This document shows, piece by piece, positions 50,809 to 63,142 of a DNA stretch of 64,000 nt; position 1 is the first letter of the stretch; each line of letters begins with the position of its first letter. The stretch is from Vicugna vicugna (taxonomy: Eukaryota): assembly GCA_013265495.1 (NCBI GenBank), contig MU058718.1, positions 1,364,001 to 1,428,000 on the forward strand. Reading direction: 5' to 3'. A program made the translations under genes and the position numbers. The notes beneath the pieces are model-generated. The model saw only the letters and a program-made list of their open reading frames with translations, did not search any database and was not told where the DNA came from.

Positions 50809-53139
50809 AAACTCTAGATCACTGAGCATCACATTAATTTTGGCAAAATAATTTTGGCAAAAGAATACCTTAGGTCCCCTAACGTTCCTTCTAGTGACTT
50901 TCAGTAAAGGCATCTACCCTCAGAAGGTGATTTTGTGAAGAATTGAAGAAGTAATCTTTTGCCTAGTGTGTCTTAGGAGAGAATTTGGAATTGTCAGAAT
51001 GGTGTTTGAAAAGATGACCCATTAAATTGTCTTCCAGGAATATCACTTTTTTTCTTCACGGCTTGGGTAGGAGCTGATCATCAGTACATTGTGGGGAGCA
51101 TATGGCATACGGGGATCACCTGCTCTTAGATAAGGCCAGATCCTGAGGCTTTGTAATCCAGATTACAGTGGTATGCCTGTCCAGACACCTGTGGCACAGG
51201 GTTCTCTTGGTGTCTGTCAGTCAAAGGGATCACTAAATATTCTACCTGGGCTGTACATACAGCAAGCCAAAAGGAAAATACAGTAAATCAATTACAACAA
51301 ACATACTGGAAGAATAATGACAAACCTAAAGTATCAAAACATAAAAACAGAAGTTGGATGGGACAAAAATCAAGCAAATTAAAAGAAGAATTAAATGACT
51401 AACCATGTTAAGTTCAACATGCTCATGCAAGGCACTCGAGACCCCTTCAAATTAAACTTGTGGGCATTGCAGTTTTCACAGATATTTTCTGTTAACTGAC
51501 AAGTTTTTTAAATTGTGTATTAATGTCTTCAAAAGGGAACTGCCTCTCCAATTCCTTTTGAGTCCCACCATTTACTTCCCATTATCTTATATACTTCACT
51601 GCTTGCGCATTTGCTTACCTGCCTACCACTGGCATCTCTGAGCTATAGCCATCAGGAGACCTCAACACACCTTCCCCAAGGGTTCAGCTAACCTACTGCT
51701 TGGGAGATTTAAATATAGATTCCTAGGGTAAAATCTGGGAGGATTTTCTTTTTTTTCCTTTTCTCTTCTCTTCTTTTTAGCCAGCACCTCTGCCTACTAT
51801 ACAGGTGTTCCAAGGAACCACGCTTTTGAGAATTTCTAGTGTTTTTTATGTGTACCTCTGACTTGAGTCTACAGCCCTGAACACCCACCTATGGAGAATC
51901 TAGTGGCCTTCAAAAAGCACATCCCTTTCATTCAATAAGAAAAACACCCAAGATTTGATGCCTACCTAGCCTCACACTGTCTCTACTGAATGCTCCTTCT
52001 GAATGATGCTGCCATTTTGTCTGGTTTCAAAATCAGTCTCAATTCTTAGTGATAGCTTTATTTCTAGTTCAATATTTTTAGATTGTGATTTTGTTTGACC
52101 CAGGTCGAAAAGGATTAATGCTTAAACAAATTTCTTCCACTTTCAACTTTCTTGAAATCCCATGTAAGCCACAGTTGCTCTCAAACACTTCAAAAAATAG
52201 TGATGAAATTTAAATTCTACATGGCAAATATTGACCTTGGATAAGCATCCTGGATTTTCCCCATTGAGCGTATTGGGCCCAATTCAAGGTACACATCCAT
52301 TCCAGAGTTACTAGATAAAACTAAGAAATCCACATCCTTAAGAAGGATGTGGACACATTTTTTAATCTCAGTTGCAGAATGGTTGTTTTCAAATTAAATA
52401 TTCACAGTTGTTTGCAGTTCTTGTTCTTATATACTAACTTGCAAATCATAAAGATTGCATTTAGCTAAAAAAGTCCTGCAAGTGTCAGTGACCTCATTCT
52501 CAATATAAATATTTTTCACAACTATAATTTTATGCAGAAAGTTTGAGTGGTGTAGAGCATTAATCCCTTTCATTACAATTCTGCTTTTATTTAAATTTAA
52601 TTTTCAAGAGAGCTAATGAGCTGATACGCAGCTTACAATAACAATTAAAAAAAAAGCCCAAGTCCCTTAAATAGAATTTATTTTGAGATTGTTTTATACA
52701 CTTTTCAATTTAGAATTACTTAAGTTTATAAACTTTGTATTTCCACTTAGTCAAAAACATTTGATTGTTGAAGTACAACATGTTTTAATTTTTCTGCTGT
52801 ATTGATTGTCTAATTTTTAAATATCTAAAAACAATTTCTCATTGAGTGCTTGTGCTGGAACCTTATGAACACCAACAGTGGCGTTTTCATTAGAAGTAAT
52901 GGGGTCTGAGAAATAAAGAAAGACTGTCGCAAAGCCTGGGGGTGTTCTGAAGCCATGTTAGAGAACAAAGGATAGAGTAGATTTTTTTGATGGCACCATA
53001 ATGAATTCAGACTTAAACATACTGCCATAGAGATATCTCTGCAACATGCAGGAGAAAAGTTCTAAAAAAAAAAAAACATAGAAAATAAGCTCTGGAGCTC
53101 AGAAACAAGTCTGGGCTAGATATCTTTATTTGGGGATTG

Positions 53140-53782
53140 GGCTGGAGATGATTACTATGTGCAGTCTGCTCACACCTACACCAGCACCTCCCACAGCTCC
53201 TGACTTTGTTGATGAGACTCTGAAGGAGGACATGCCCCAGGGGGACAAATTTGTAAACACATCTCTCACCTAATTTTCATGGCCCACTTTGAAAGAACTA
53301 TTTTTATCAAATTCTTTCTGTCCATGGAATTTGAATTAGGTAGTAGAAATCCAAAATATGTTTGTCCCTTAGAAGAGAGAGTTCAAGTGGAGATGTCATG
53401 AGACAGAGTCAAAGCTCACAGGTCCATGGATGGTAAGCCAAAGCAATGTGAGAGCCAAAGTCATAAGGAGAAGAAACTGATTAAGCAGATAAAGCCATTG
53501 GGTGGCAGGACAGGAACAGGGGTAAATATGGCTGAGCTGTGTCAATAGAGGAATGATAGTGTGAAAGTAATGAACTCAACAACGCAGTTTCCATGAGTCA
53601 CTTTGGCTTCAAAACCATAGTCCAGTTTTAGTGACTATGGGCCCAGTTCTATAATGCCTCATGTTTGGGACTTTTGTAAGGTACATCGTTCTAATCATTT
53701 TAAATTCATCTTTACAATAAACTCTTCTTACTCCAGTAAATATGAGGGGTCTCTGTTAACAGCAACTAAGTATGCTTGACTG
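53140..53782 (+). mobile_element. Old ERVL-type solo LTR (LTR16/LTR40-like)
   Basis: 3' end aataaactcttctta...tctctgttaacagcaactaag...tgactga resembles ERVL LTR termini. Confidence 0.45.
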
Positions 53783-53811
53783 AAAAAAGATCATCAGCAT
53801 TAGGAATTCAA

Positions 53812-53996
53812 GAAGGCTAGATTTGGTATTGGTTTCCTACTTTTTTATTGTGAGTTTGAGCAAATATATAACCCCTTTGAGCCTCAGTTTTATCACCTGT
53901 AAAGTGATGTTATTTTGAGAATTATTGATTTAATGTATGTAAAGTGCTCATCACAGTAATTGGCATAAACCAAGATCCTCAGTGAATGTTAGCTCC
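53812..53996 (+). mobile_element. MIR SINE
   Basis: Core tgagcctcagttttatcacctgtaaagtg...taatgtatgtaaagtgct...ctcagtgaatgttagct. Confidence 0.85.
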
Positions 53997-54049
53997 TTCC
54001 TTCATGTCTTTTCTACATGAGCAGAGAAAAAGGTAAGGACAAACTCCAC

Positions 54050-54735
54050 ATCAGATATCATCAAGAAAATTAAAATTAAAACAACAGTATGATGCCACAA
54101 CACACCTTTTAGAATGCGGCCAATCTATAACACTGACAACATCAAATGCTGACCAGAATGTGGAGCAATAGGAAGTCTCATTCATTGCTGGTGGAAATGC
54201 AAGATGGTACAGACACTTTAGAAGGCCGTTTGAATTTCTTATAAAACTAAGCATATTCTCACCATAACGTCCAGCAGTGGTGCTCCTTGGTATTTACCCA
54301 AAGGAGTTGAGTTGAAAGTTTATGTTGACACAAAAACTGAGACGCTGATGTTTATAGCAGCTTTGTTCATAATTGCCAAAACTAGCAACTAAGATGTCCT
54401 TCAGTAAGTAAACAAATAAATTGTGGTACATCCAGATAATGGAATATTATTCAGTGCTAAAAAGAAATGAGCTCTCAAGACATAAAAAGACATGAAGGAT
54501 CCTTTAAGACATATTACTAAGTGAAAAAAGCAAGCTGAAAAGGCAACACACTGTATGATTCGAACCATACAGTATTCTGGCAAAGGCGAAACTATGAAGA
54601 TAGGAAGAAATCAATGGTTGCTGGGGGTTGGGATGTGGAGGGGTGAGTAGGTAAACCACAGAGGATTTTTAGGGCAGTGAAAGTACTTAATATGATACTA
54701 TAATGGTAGATACGTGTCACTGTGTATTTTTCTAT
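54050..54735 (+). mobile_element. L1MC1-like 3' region
   Basis: aacactgacaacatcaaatgctg...tggtacatccagataatggaatattattcagtgctaaaaagaaatgagct...acagaggatttttagggcagtgaaa. Confidence 0.9.
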
Positions 54736-56066
54736 GCCCATCAAGGAATTTTACCAATCTAATAGGACAGATAAAAGATAAAAGTGATGGGTGTTTTATG
54801 AGGGTTAGGTAAAGTGCAATGGAAATGAAGAAGAGATTGAGTTTATTTCCAACTGATAGGGCTAGAAAGGTCTTCTTGGATTAGAAATCATTTGACTTGA
54901 GCACTGAAGGATTAGTAGGGTTTGAAACTGTCAGGGAAGGATGAGAAACAGTTAAGATGGGAGAAAAGGCTTGAAGAAATCCTTGGAGACTGAGACCCCT
55001 AGGGCAGTACTTGGATGACTGTTGGCTAGTACTTCAAATATGTGAGAATTCTGCGTCATTATGTCATGAGAACAACGAAAAAAAGAATTTTTCATGATAT
55101 CTTCTTGGAAGTAGTTTTTTGTTTTTTCGGTTCGGGGATTTTTTGTTTGTTTTCCAAATTAGGAGCCACCCATGATTGTTACATATTTCTCACAAAGATG
55201 ACAAGGAAACAGTTCCCTAAATTGTTCGTCAATGGTGGGTATGAGTGTTCTTCTTGTAGACTAACTATACAACTAGGCATCAAATTATTAGTTCAATTAA
55301 TGAGTGGCCACTTGTAGCCACACAAATGTAGACAGATTCAGTTATTTGACTCTGGCCACTTGTGACTACTTGAAGTCATTACACAGTTTATATACTGACA
55401 ATGTGAGGGCCTTCTGGAAAGCCACACAGCAAGCAGTCAATCAGTTACTGCCAATGACCACTAGCTGTTTCCTACTGTCAATTTCATGGCTTATCTTCTG
55501 AACAAATGAATTATTTGGGAGTAAAAATTAATTTAGAATGAGAGAGTTTAAAAATATACTCAGCCATACTCTGCTAAGCAATGCAGGAAAAAATGGAACA
55601 AATTTCTCTCAAACTTAGGAGTTCAGAAATACAAACTAGATAATATCAAAATCTATATCAACTTACTCAAAAGTTGTAAAAGTGACCTAATAACAAGAAA
55701 TAACATGGGGATAATTCTCACTAATGAAGTTTCCCTCCTAAGTCCCTGTAGATTTTTGCCACACCAAAGGATAGCCCATAGGTGTTCTGTGGCAGTCAGG
55801 TTTACTCCTGATCTGTTAATACTGCTATCCACAAAAACATTTTTTCTGGTGAGAGGTGATGGTGGTGGTGGTGGTGATGATGATAAACAAACTGGAAAAC
55901 ACGAATTTGACTGTTACCTCCAAGCTGAGTAGAACTTACGGTTAATATGTTTTGAGGCATATGGAAGCCTTTTTCAATGAAAGTGCTTCTGGGGACTCAT
56001 TAGCTGAGATATGTTTGCTAAAAGAGCCAAATTAAGAGTGCTCTGCATTGAAATGTATTGTTCTTC

Positions 56067-57422
56067 TGGAGAAAAGATAGTCTCTTCAGCAAGCAGTATT
56101 GGGAAAGCTGGACAGCCAGATGTAAATCGGTGAAGTTAGAACACTCCTTCACACTAACACAAAAGTAAACTCAAAATGGCTTAAAGACTTAAACATAAGA
56201 CAAGACACTATAAACCTCCTAGAAGAAAACATAGGGAAGGCATTTTCTGACAAATCTTAGCAATGTTCTCCTAGAGCAGTCACCCAAGCAATAGAAATAA
56301 AAGCAAAAATAAACAAATGGGACCTAATTAAACTTATAAGCTTTTGCACAGCAAAGGAAACCATAAGAAAAACAAGACAACCTATGGACTTAGATAAAAT
56401 ATTTGCAAAAGATGAGGCTGACAAGGGCTTAATTTCCAGAATATATAAACAGCTCATACAACTTAATAAGAAAAAAAAAACCAAGCAACTGAATCCAAAA
56501 ATGGGCAGAAGACTTAAACAATTTTCCAGTGAAGACATACAGATTGCCAATAGGCACAGGAAAAAATGCTCAGTACTGCTAATTATCAGAGAAATGCAAA
56601 TTGAAACTACAGTGAGGTATCACTTCACACCAGTCAGAATGGCCATCATTCAAATGTCCACAAATGATAAATGCTGGAGAGGGTTTGGAGAAAAGGGAAC
56701 CTTCCTACACTGCTGGTGGGAATGTAGTTTGGTGCATCTGTTATGGAAAACAGTATGGAGATTCCTCCAAAGACTAAAAATAGACTTCCCATATGATCCA
56801 GCAATCCTACTCCTGGGCATATATCCAGAGGGAACTTTAATTTGAAAAGATATATATGTGCACCCCAATGTTCACAGCAGCACTGTTTACAATAGCCAAG
56901 ACATGGAAACCTAAATGTCTATCAAAAGATGACTGAATAAAGGAGTTGTAGTATGTTTATACAATGGAGTACTACTCAGCCATTAAAGTAATAAATTAAT
57001 GCCATTTGCAGCAACATGGATGGACCTGGAGATTGTCATTCTAAGTGAAGTGAGCCAGAAAGAGAAAGAAAAATGCCATATGATATTATTCATATGTGAA
57101 ATCTAAAAAAAAAAAAAGGCACAAATGAACTAATTTCCAGAATGGAAATAGACTCATAGACCTAGAAAACAAACGTATAGTTACTGGGGGGAAGGGATAA
57201 ATTGGGAGTTTGAGATTTGCAGATACTAACTACTATATATAAAATAGATAAACAAGTTTTTTCTGTATAGTACAAGGAATTATATTCAATATCTTGTAGT
57301 AACCTACAATGAAAAAGAATATGAAAATGAATATATGCATGTATATGTATGACTGAAACATTATGCTGTACACCAGAAATTGACACAACATTGTAAACTG
57401 ACTATACTTAAATTAAAAAAAA
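56067..57422 (+). mobile_element. 5'-truncated young LINE-1 3' portion with poly(A)
   Basis: ORF2 C-terminus ([18 protein letters not shown]), 3' UTR and poly(A) at 57415-57422. TSD gaaa(t)gtattgttcttc at 56050-56066 and 57551-57566. Confidence 0.95.
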
Positions 57423-57550
57423 GAAACCAGGAGAAAAAAGAGCAAATTAATCCCAGAATGTTCAGAAGAAAGGACATAATAAATATCAAAGCAGCAATCA
57501 GTGAAACAAGAAAGCAAAAAACAATAAAGACAATCAATGAAATAACAACA
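57423..57550 (+). mobile_element. Older L1 ORF2 fragment inside the TSD pair (putative 3'-transduced segment)
   Basis: Encodes KKEQINPRMFRRKDIINIKAAISETRKQKTIKTINE, homologous to the post-endonuclease region of ORF2. Lies after the poly(A) but before the second TSD. Confidence 0.7.
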
Positions 57551-57629
57551 GAAAGTATTGTTCTTCAAACTATTCTTCATATCCTACTCCCTCGCCTGCT
57601 TAAAGCAGCACTGGATTTCGTATTCCTAG

Positions 57630-59850
57630 CAGTTTGTGTGTAAAATATAGCATACACACAAAAGAGTGTAGAAGAATATACAAGTTTAATAAATAGAAAA
57701 AACAGCCTGTGTAACTACTCTCTGGTAAAGAAACATTGTCAGCACTCCAGCATCTCCAGCTGTGCTCCTCTCTTATCATAACTCTCCCCCTCCCTCTTTA
57801 GGTAACCACTTATCTTATGTGCTAGTATTTCTTCCTTTCCCTACCTTGACCATTTGCAAATATAAGCCTTGACAATGTTGCTGAGTTTGGAATGGTTTGA
57901 ACTTCATAGAAATGGCATCACACTTGCCGTCTTCCCATGTTTTTGGATTCTTTCACTCACCATTATGTTTTTGAATGCTTTTATTGTAAGTAGATGTTGT
58001 TCATTTTTTTCCATTGTATTTGCAAACCAAAATAAATGATCTATCCTGTCAGAGTTGGATGTTTAGGTTGTTTCCAGTTTTGGGCTATTACCAGCAAATG
58101 CTGCTCCGAAGATTGTTGTCTAGATACCCTGGCACACGTGTGCTTACATTCGTCTGAAGGATATACTTGGGTGTGGGACTGCAGAGTCACAGAGTATGTG
58201 CATTATATTCAGCTCTACTAGACAATGCCAAACTCTAATCCAAAGTGATTGCACCAATGGATACTCCTACAAGCAGTGAATGAGTATCCTCACCAACACT
58301 TGGTATTCTCAGACTTTTTAATTGTTGCCAGTCTGATGGGTGTGTCCAGGTGTTTCATTGGAGCTTTAATGTGCATTTGTCTGGTTAGTAATGAGCTTTA
58401 TAAACTTTTCATATGTTTATTTGCCACTCAAATTTTTTTTTACAATGTACTCATTCAAGTCTTTTCTACTTTTCCTACTTGTCTCTCTCTTTTGTATTGG
58501 TTTGTAGCAGTTCTTTGTATATGGACCCTAATCCTTTGCCAGGCATATTTGTTGCAAATAGCTTCTTCCATTGATTACTTACACTTTCACTCTTTTAATG
58601 AAGACTTGGGGTGTATAGAAACTTTTCATTTTGATGTAGTCAAATTTATTACATTTTCCTTTGTGGTTAATGTTTTTGATATCTTCTTTAAGGAATCCTT
58701 TCCCAACTCTAAAATAATAAAGATATTCTCCTATACTTTAGCATATTATAAAAGCTTTATTGTTTTGACTTTATAGTTTGTCTTATCCTACTAAAGTTCA
58801 TTTTTGTTTATTTTATGAGCTTTATTTCAGTTTTTTGTTATTAATATTCAGCTGTCTCAGCACCATTTATTGAAGTCTCTCTGTATCAAACAATGTTACT
58901 ACTCTATCCAGATCACTTTGTATTGATTTTTAAAATTTTTTGAATAGGTGTGCTTTTGCTTCCAACAGGTAATAGTTGCAAATCTTTTATAGAGAACTGT
59001 CCTTGAACTAATAGAGACCATCTTGCCTGTACACTTGGAAAGCCTTGGAAGTGCCTAGGAATTTACATGGCCCCAAAATGGCTCTTGACCCATGGTGCGA
59101 GGGTATGTAAACCCAGTTCCCTGGCCAATTTGGGGACAATACTGACGCATGAATTACACTCCAGTGTTCCCCTTTGGGGATTCCATTACATTCCATTACA
59201 CACAAATCCTCATCTCAATGTCTGTTTCTGGGAAACTTGACCTAATATATCATCCTTTTTTCACTGATTTGTGGAGTCACTTACGTCCAGTATCAAGTGC
59301 CCACATGTGCATTGGTCTATTTGGAGGCTCTCTATTCTGCATCCATCAGTCTGTACCCCTGGAACAAAAATCACACTATGTTAATTATAATAGATTTGTG
59401 AGAATTCTTAATATCTAGTAGAACACATCTTCACATTTTTTTCAAGTGTTTTGATTATTCTTAGTCCATACAAACTTTAAATATCTTACAAGTTAAAAAA
59501 AACTTAACATTTTCATTTTTATCTATAAATCAATTTGGGGGAAATGGACTTCTATATAATACTGAGTTCTAATTCATAAACACGTTATATTGCTCCATTT
59601 ATTTAAGTCTTCTTTCGTGACTTCCAAAAAAACTTTTATACCTTTTTCCATGGAAGTCTTATTACCTTTTGTTAGATTTGATCATAGCTAGTACATATTT
59701 TTGATGTTATTGTAAAAGTATTTTTTGTTTCTTTCATTCATTGTTTCTTGCTCATATTTATGAATAAATTGGGCTTTTGTTAATTCCAAATATGTATCTG
59801 CAGATTTGGGGGGGTGGATTTTCTCAGTACACAGTCATGTCATTTTTAAA
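57630..59850 (-). mobile_element. Old L1ME-type element, interrupted by an LTR-like piece at ~58990-59245
   Basis: gtttaggttgtttccagttttgggctattac...tcctcaccaacacttggtatt...cagcaccatttattgaa...atctataaatcaatttgggg. Confidence 0.85.
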
Positions 59851-60199
59851 ATTCATTTTCAGTCAGTCTTGTCTCATGGAACTGTCAAATCTGCAGCTTA
59901 GTTCCACAGCTCTTTTCTTCAAATTGATGAATTCCCCACTGGCCGAATCAGCTTGGAATCCTGGGTTGATCTCTCTGGGTTCTCATTTTCTGCCGATTTT
60001 GACCATATAATGCATTACTTCCTTTGCAGCTGCTTCATTTTTTTTAAACTTAAAAATATATATTTCTATCTAACTTCTTAAGTTGGTCTCAACATCAGAG
60101 TTGATTCAAATAACCTAGCCGAACCTACTTTCATTTTCAGACAGGTTTCACAAATGCAATTAACTGTCCGGTGAAGATAGGACTATCTATTGCAGAGTT

Positions 60200-60620
60200 G
60201 TTAACAAGTGTCCCAGTACTGTGTAGGTCTCACAGGGTAAGCAGTGGGGATGAGGGAATCTGGTCTGGGCATACAGTGAACATGGGACTAACAGGATTTA
60301 CTGATGGTCAGAACAGAAACCATGTGATAGAAAGAGAAAAGTCAAAGATGTCTAAAAAGAGATGCTGAGTAGGCAGCTCAATGAGTCTGGGGCTCAGGGG
60401 AGAGAAGATGAGACTAGAAACTTAAATTTGAGACCTGTCAGCTTATAGGTGATACTTCAGTCCATGAAGCTGGATGCAGTTAGCTATGCAGACAGAAAGT
60501 CCTAGGACTGGTTCTTGGAGCACTCTGGCAGCTGTAATTCAGAGGTGGAGGAGAATCTTTCATACAAGAGGAGCTCTCTTATAGGAAGAGCCAGTGAGAG
60601 AACTGGGCCTTAGAAGCCAA
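60200..60620 (-). mobile_element. L2 fragment
   Basis: aacaggatttactgatgg...gagtctggggctcaggggagag...aaatttgagacctgtcagc. Confidence 0.65.
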
Positions 60621-61178
60621 ATTTAAAGAGTCAACCACATCTCCTTCAAGCAAATAGCCAGGCAGAAGGCTACCAAAAAAATAGATTTAGGAAGGAGATT
60701 GGCCTATGAAACTTTCTTACCCCAGCAAGAAAGCAACAAAGTCCACGGGGTGCTGAGGCCTGGAGTTACATTTCCTGATTTGCCTTCAGTGTATTTTTAC
60801 AGCTAAGTTGAATAGTCGGAAAAACAACGAATTCTAATTGATGCACTTTTTGGTCCTTGGCTTCCCTTCTGTTTACTGTGACGATTCAGTCTTTGCTGAT
60901 GGAGCTAGATTAGAATGGATTTCTGACAGTTACTGAGACACGAGATTTATGTCACACTGGGTCTGGAGTGAGAACGGACCAGGGAGATTGTCACTGTGTT
61001 CTCTTCTCCAAGGGATTTAACAGCATCAGAACTGCTAGAAGGGTCTCCTGTAAGGCCATCAGTTCTTGATTTCTCAACTGCTTTTGAAAGACTTCCCAGA
61101 GCATGAAGTAAAGGATTTAGTGATTTTTGATCACCTTCTGATGAAAAATGATTTGGTATTTTCCCCATCTCCCTTCTT

Positions 61179-61353
61179 TTTTAAAAAATATTTTATTTAT
61201 TTATTATTGTATCATTTAAAAAATTGTTTTTAGTTGGTGGGGGAGGTAATTAGGTTTTTTATTTTATTTTTAGAGGAGGTACGGGGGATTGAACCCAGGA
61301 CCTCAACTATGCTAAGCATGCGCTCTACCACTTGAGCTATATACCCTGCCCCC
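61179..61353 (-). mobile_element. tRNA-Ala-derived camelid SINE (Vic-1 type) with TSD
   Basis: Reverse complement GGGGGCAGGGTATATAGCTCAAGTGGTAGAGCGCATGCTTAGCAT...GGTCCTGGGTTCAATCCCC (A and B boxes) and an A-rich tail. 13-bp TSD catctccct(t/c)ctt at 61166-61178 and 61355-61367. Confidence 0.9.
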
Positions 61354-62529
61354 TCATCTCCCTCCTTAATGAACATGATCTTTTAACCAAAAAAAAAAGT
61401 GGGGGGGAGTTGACTTTTGATGAGCTTGGATAGTATACTGTATTTTAAAAGAGTAAGAAAGTGGGAAGTAGGGAAAATGTTATGCTTCTGGGCAACACTG
61501 TGAACCAGTATCAGTATTTTTGTTCCTTTAATAAAATTCCTGTAGTTACATCCTGCAGTGATTTAGGCTGAGATTGGCCCAAAGGAATTTCACAGTAATA
61601 AACTTTGATCTTGTTGAGAGCCTGCTCCATCCGCACTTACCCACTGCCTTGATCCACTAAGCAGTGTGGTGCAGGGGAGAGAAAAATACCTGAGGCAGCA
61701 TGTTCAGACAACGCAGGGGCCAAGGGAAACTGCCCCTTCCCTTTCACTTAGTGGTGGAATTTGTCGGGAAATTTTAGAAGCTGGATGAATACTAAAAAGT
61801 GAGGATGCTGGTGACCTGGGGTTGGGGCGGGGAGAGGCCTTGGTTGAGTGAGGTATGAGTGAAGGCTACAAGACAGCGGGGGACAATAGGTCAATGGAAA
61901 CAGGAGAAAAGTTTGCTCTGCAAGTTGAAGGTGGCTCGGAGGACCAAAAGCTCTTTTTAAAAATATGCAGGCTGATGATTAACGCTCACCGCATTTCACT
62001 ACAATTTTTACAGAGCTGTCCAAATGTTTCAACACCTGCTTCACATGAGGCAAAATCCTCTTGTAAACAACAGTGAGTCATTACCCAAGGCCTGTGAGAA
62101 AGGTGCTCTTGGGTATATGTACATTTTCTCCAGGTTCCCTTTGATGGACGGTGACTGAAAATAGAGTATAACCTTCTTTGCCCCAGAAATGTCTGCTGAA
62201 AAGGGAAAATTCTTGGGGAAAGAAAAAAACAGGACACATATTATATACCTAAGCACATAAATAAATCCATCCCTTATGTATTTATGTAGGTGGAAAACAT
62301 GATAATTACATTTCCAAATGGTTTTTGAAAACCCCCGCAAATGTATACTTAAAAAGTCATAGCAATGAGCGGAGACTGGATGGCTCATTAGTCGTGAGAT
62401 AAAGAGGTATTCCCTTTGGATCGCCTATTTCAAGAAGGATGGGGCCAGAAGCAATTTGATTGAATAGCAAAAAGGCATCCTTTGTGAATGGGTAAGATTA
62501 CAAAACCCACATTGCAACTTTTTGGATCA

Positions 62530-62760
62530 TTATTCATTTATTCATTCTTTTGGTCAATATTTATTGAATGTCTGTTATATGACAGGTATGTTTCTGTGAG
62601 AAGAGCTGGAAATGCTAAGAGGAATAAAACATCATTTGCCCTCAAAGAGCCCATCAGACAGGAGAAGACAGATCGGTGAACCTAAATTATCACATAACAG
62701 CATGGAGGCCATAATGGAGAATTTACAGATAGTTACGGAATTTCAGAGCGGAGAGAGAAT
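62530..62760 (-). mobile_element. L2 3' end
   Basis: ttcatttattcattc...atatttattgaatgtctgttatatgacagg...tgccctcaaagagccca. Confidence 0.7.
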
Positions 62761-63004
62761 TTAAACTAGGATCATAATAATGCCTTATGTTTTAATAGTT
62801 CTAAATGATTTGATGGAAAAACCCAGCTTGGTTGGAAGCATGCTAGATGGCCCAACTCCTTCATCAAAATGACAACTTACTCAAAAGAATACTTACTTGT
62901 AAAAATAGTAGCAATGTTATATTAAGGAGTCATTTGCAATCTTTTATGAGTTTCTATTATTTTTGCCCATTTTCAGGGCTTTTTATTATAATTTTTAAAT
63001 TTCT

Positions 63005-63142
63005 TAGGCAGTTCCTCTAAAAAATAAGCTCCATGAGGACAGGCACTGCATCCTTTTTTGTTCATGATTTTATCTCTAATACTTATTGCAGTACCTGCAA
63101 AGGAGGTTTTCGATATATGTTAGGGAGGAAATGAATGAATTA
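63005..63142 (+). mobile_element. L2 3' end
   Basis: taagctccatgaggacaggcactg...tttgttcatgattttatctctaatactta...aatgaatgaat. Confidence 0.7.

Noticed and set aside
58249..58776. 175-aa hydrophobic ORF as a membrane protein
   Set aside because: Antisense reading of a T-rich old L1; F/L/I richness is expected from base composition.
61272..61353. tRNA-Ala gene
   Set aside because: Degenerate stems, an A-rich tail and a TSD show it is a SINE.
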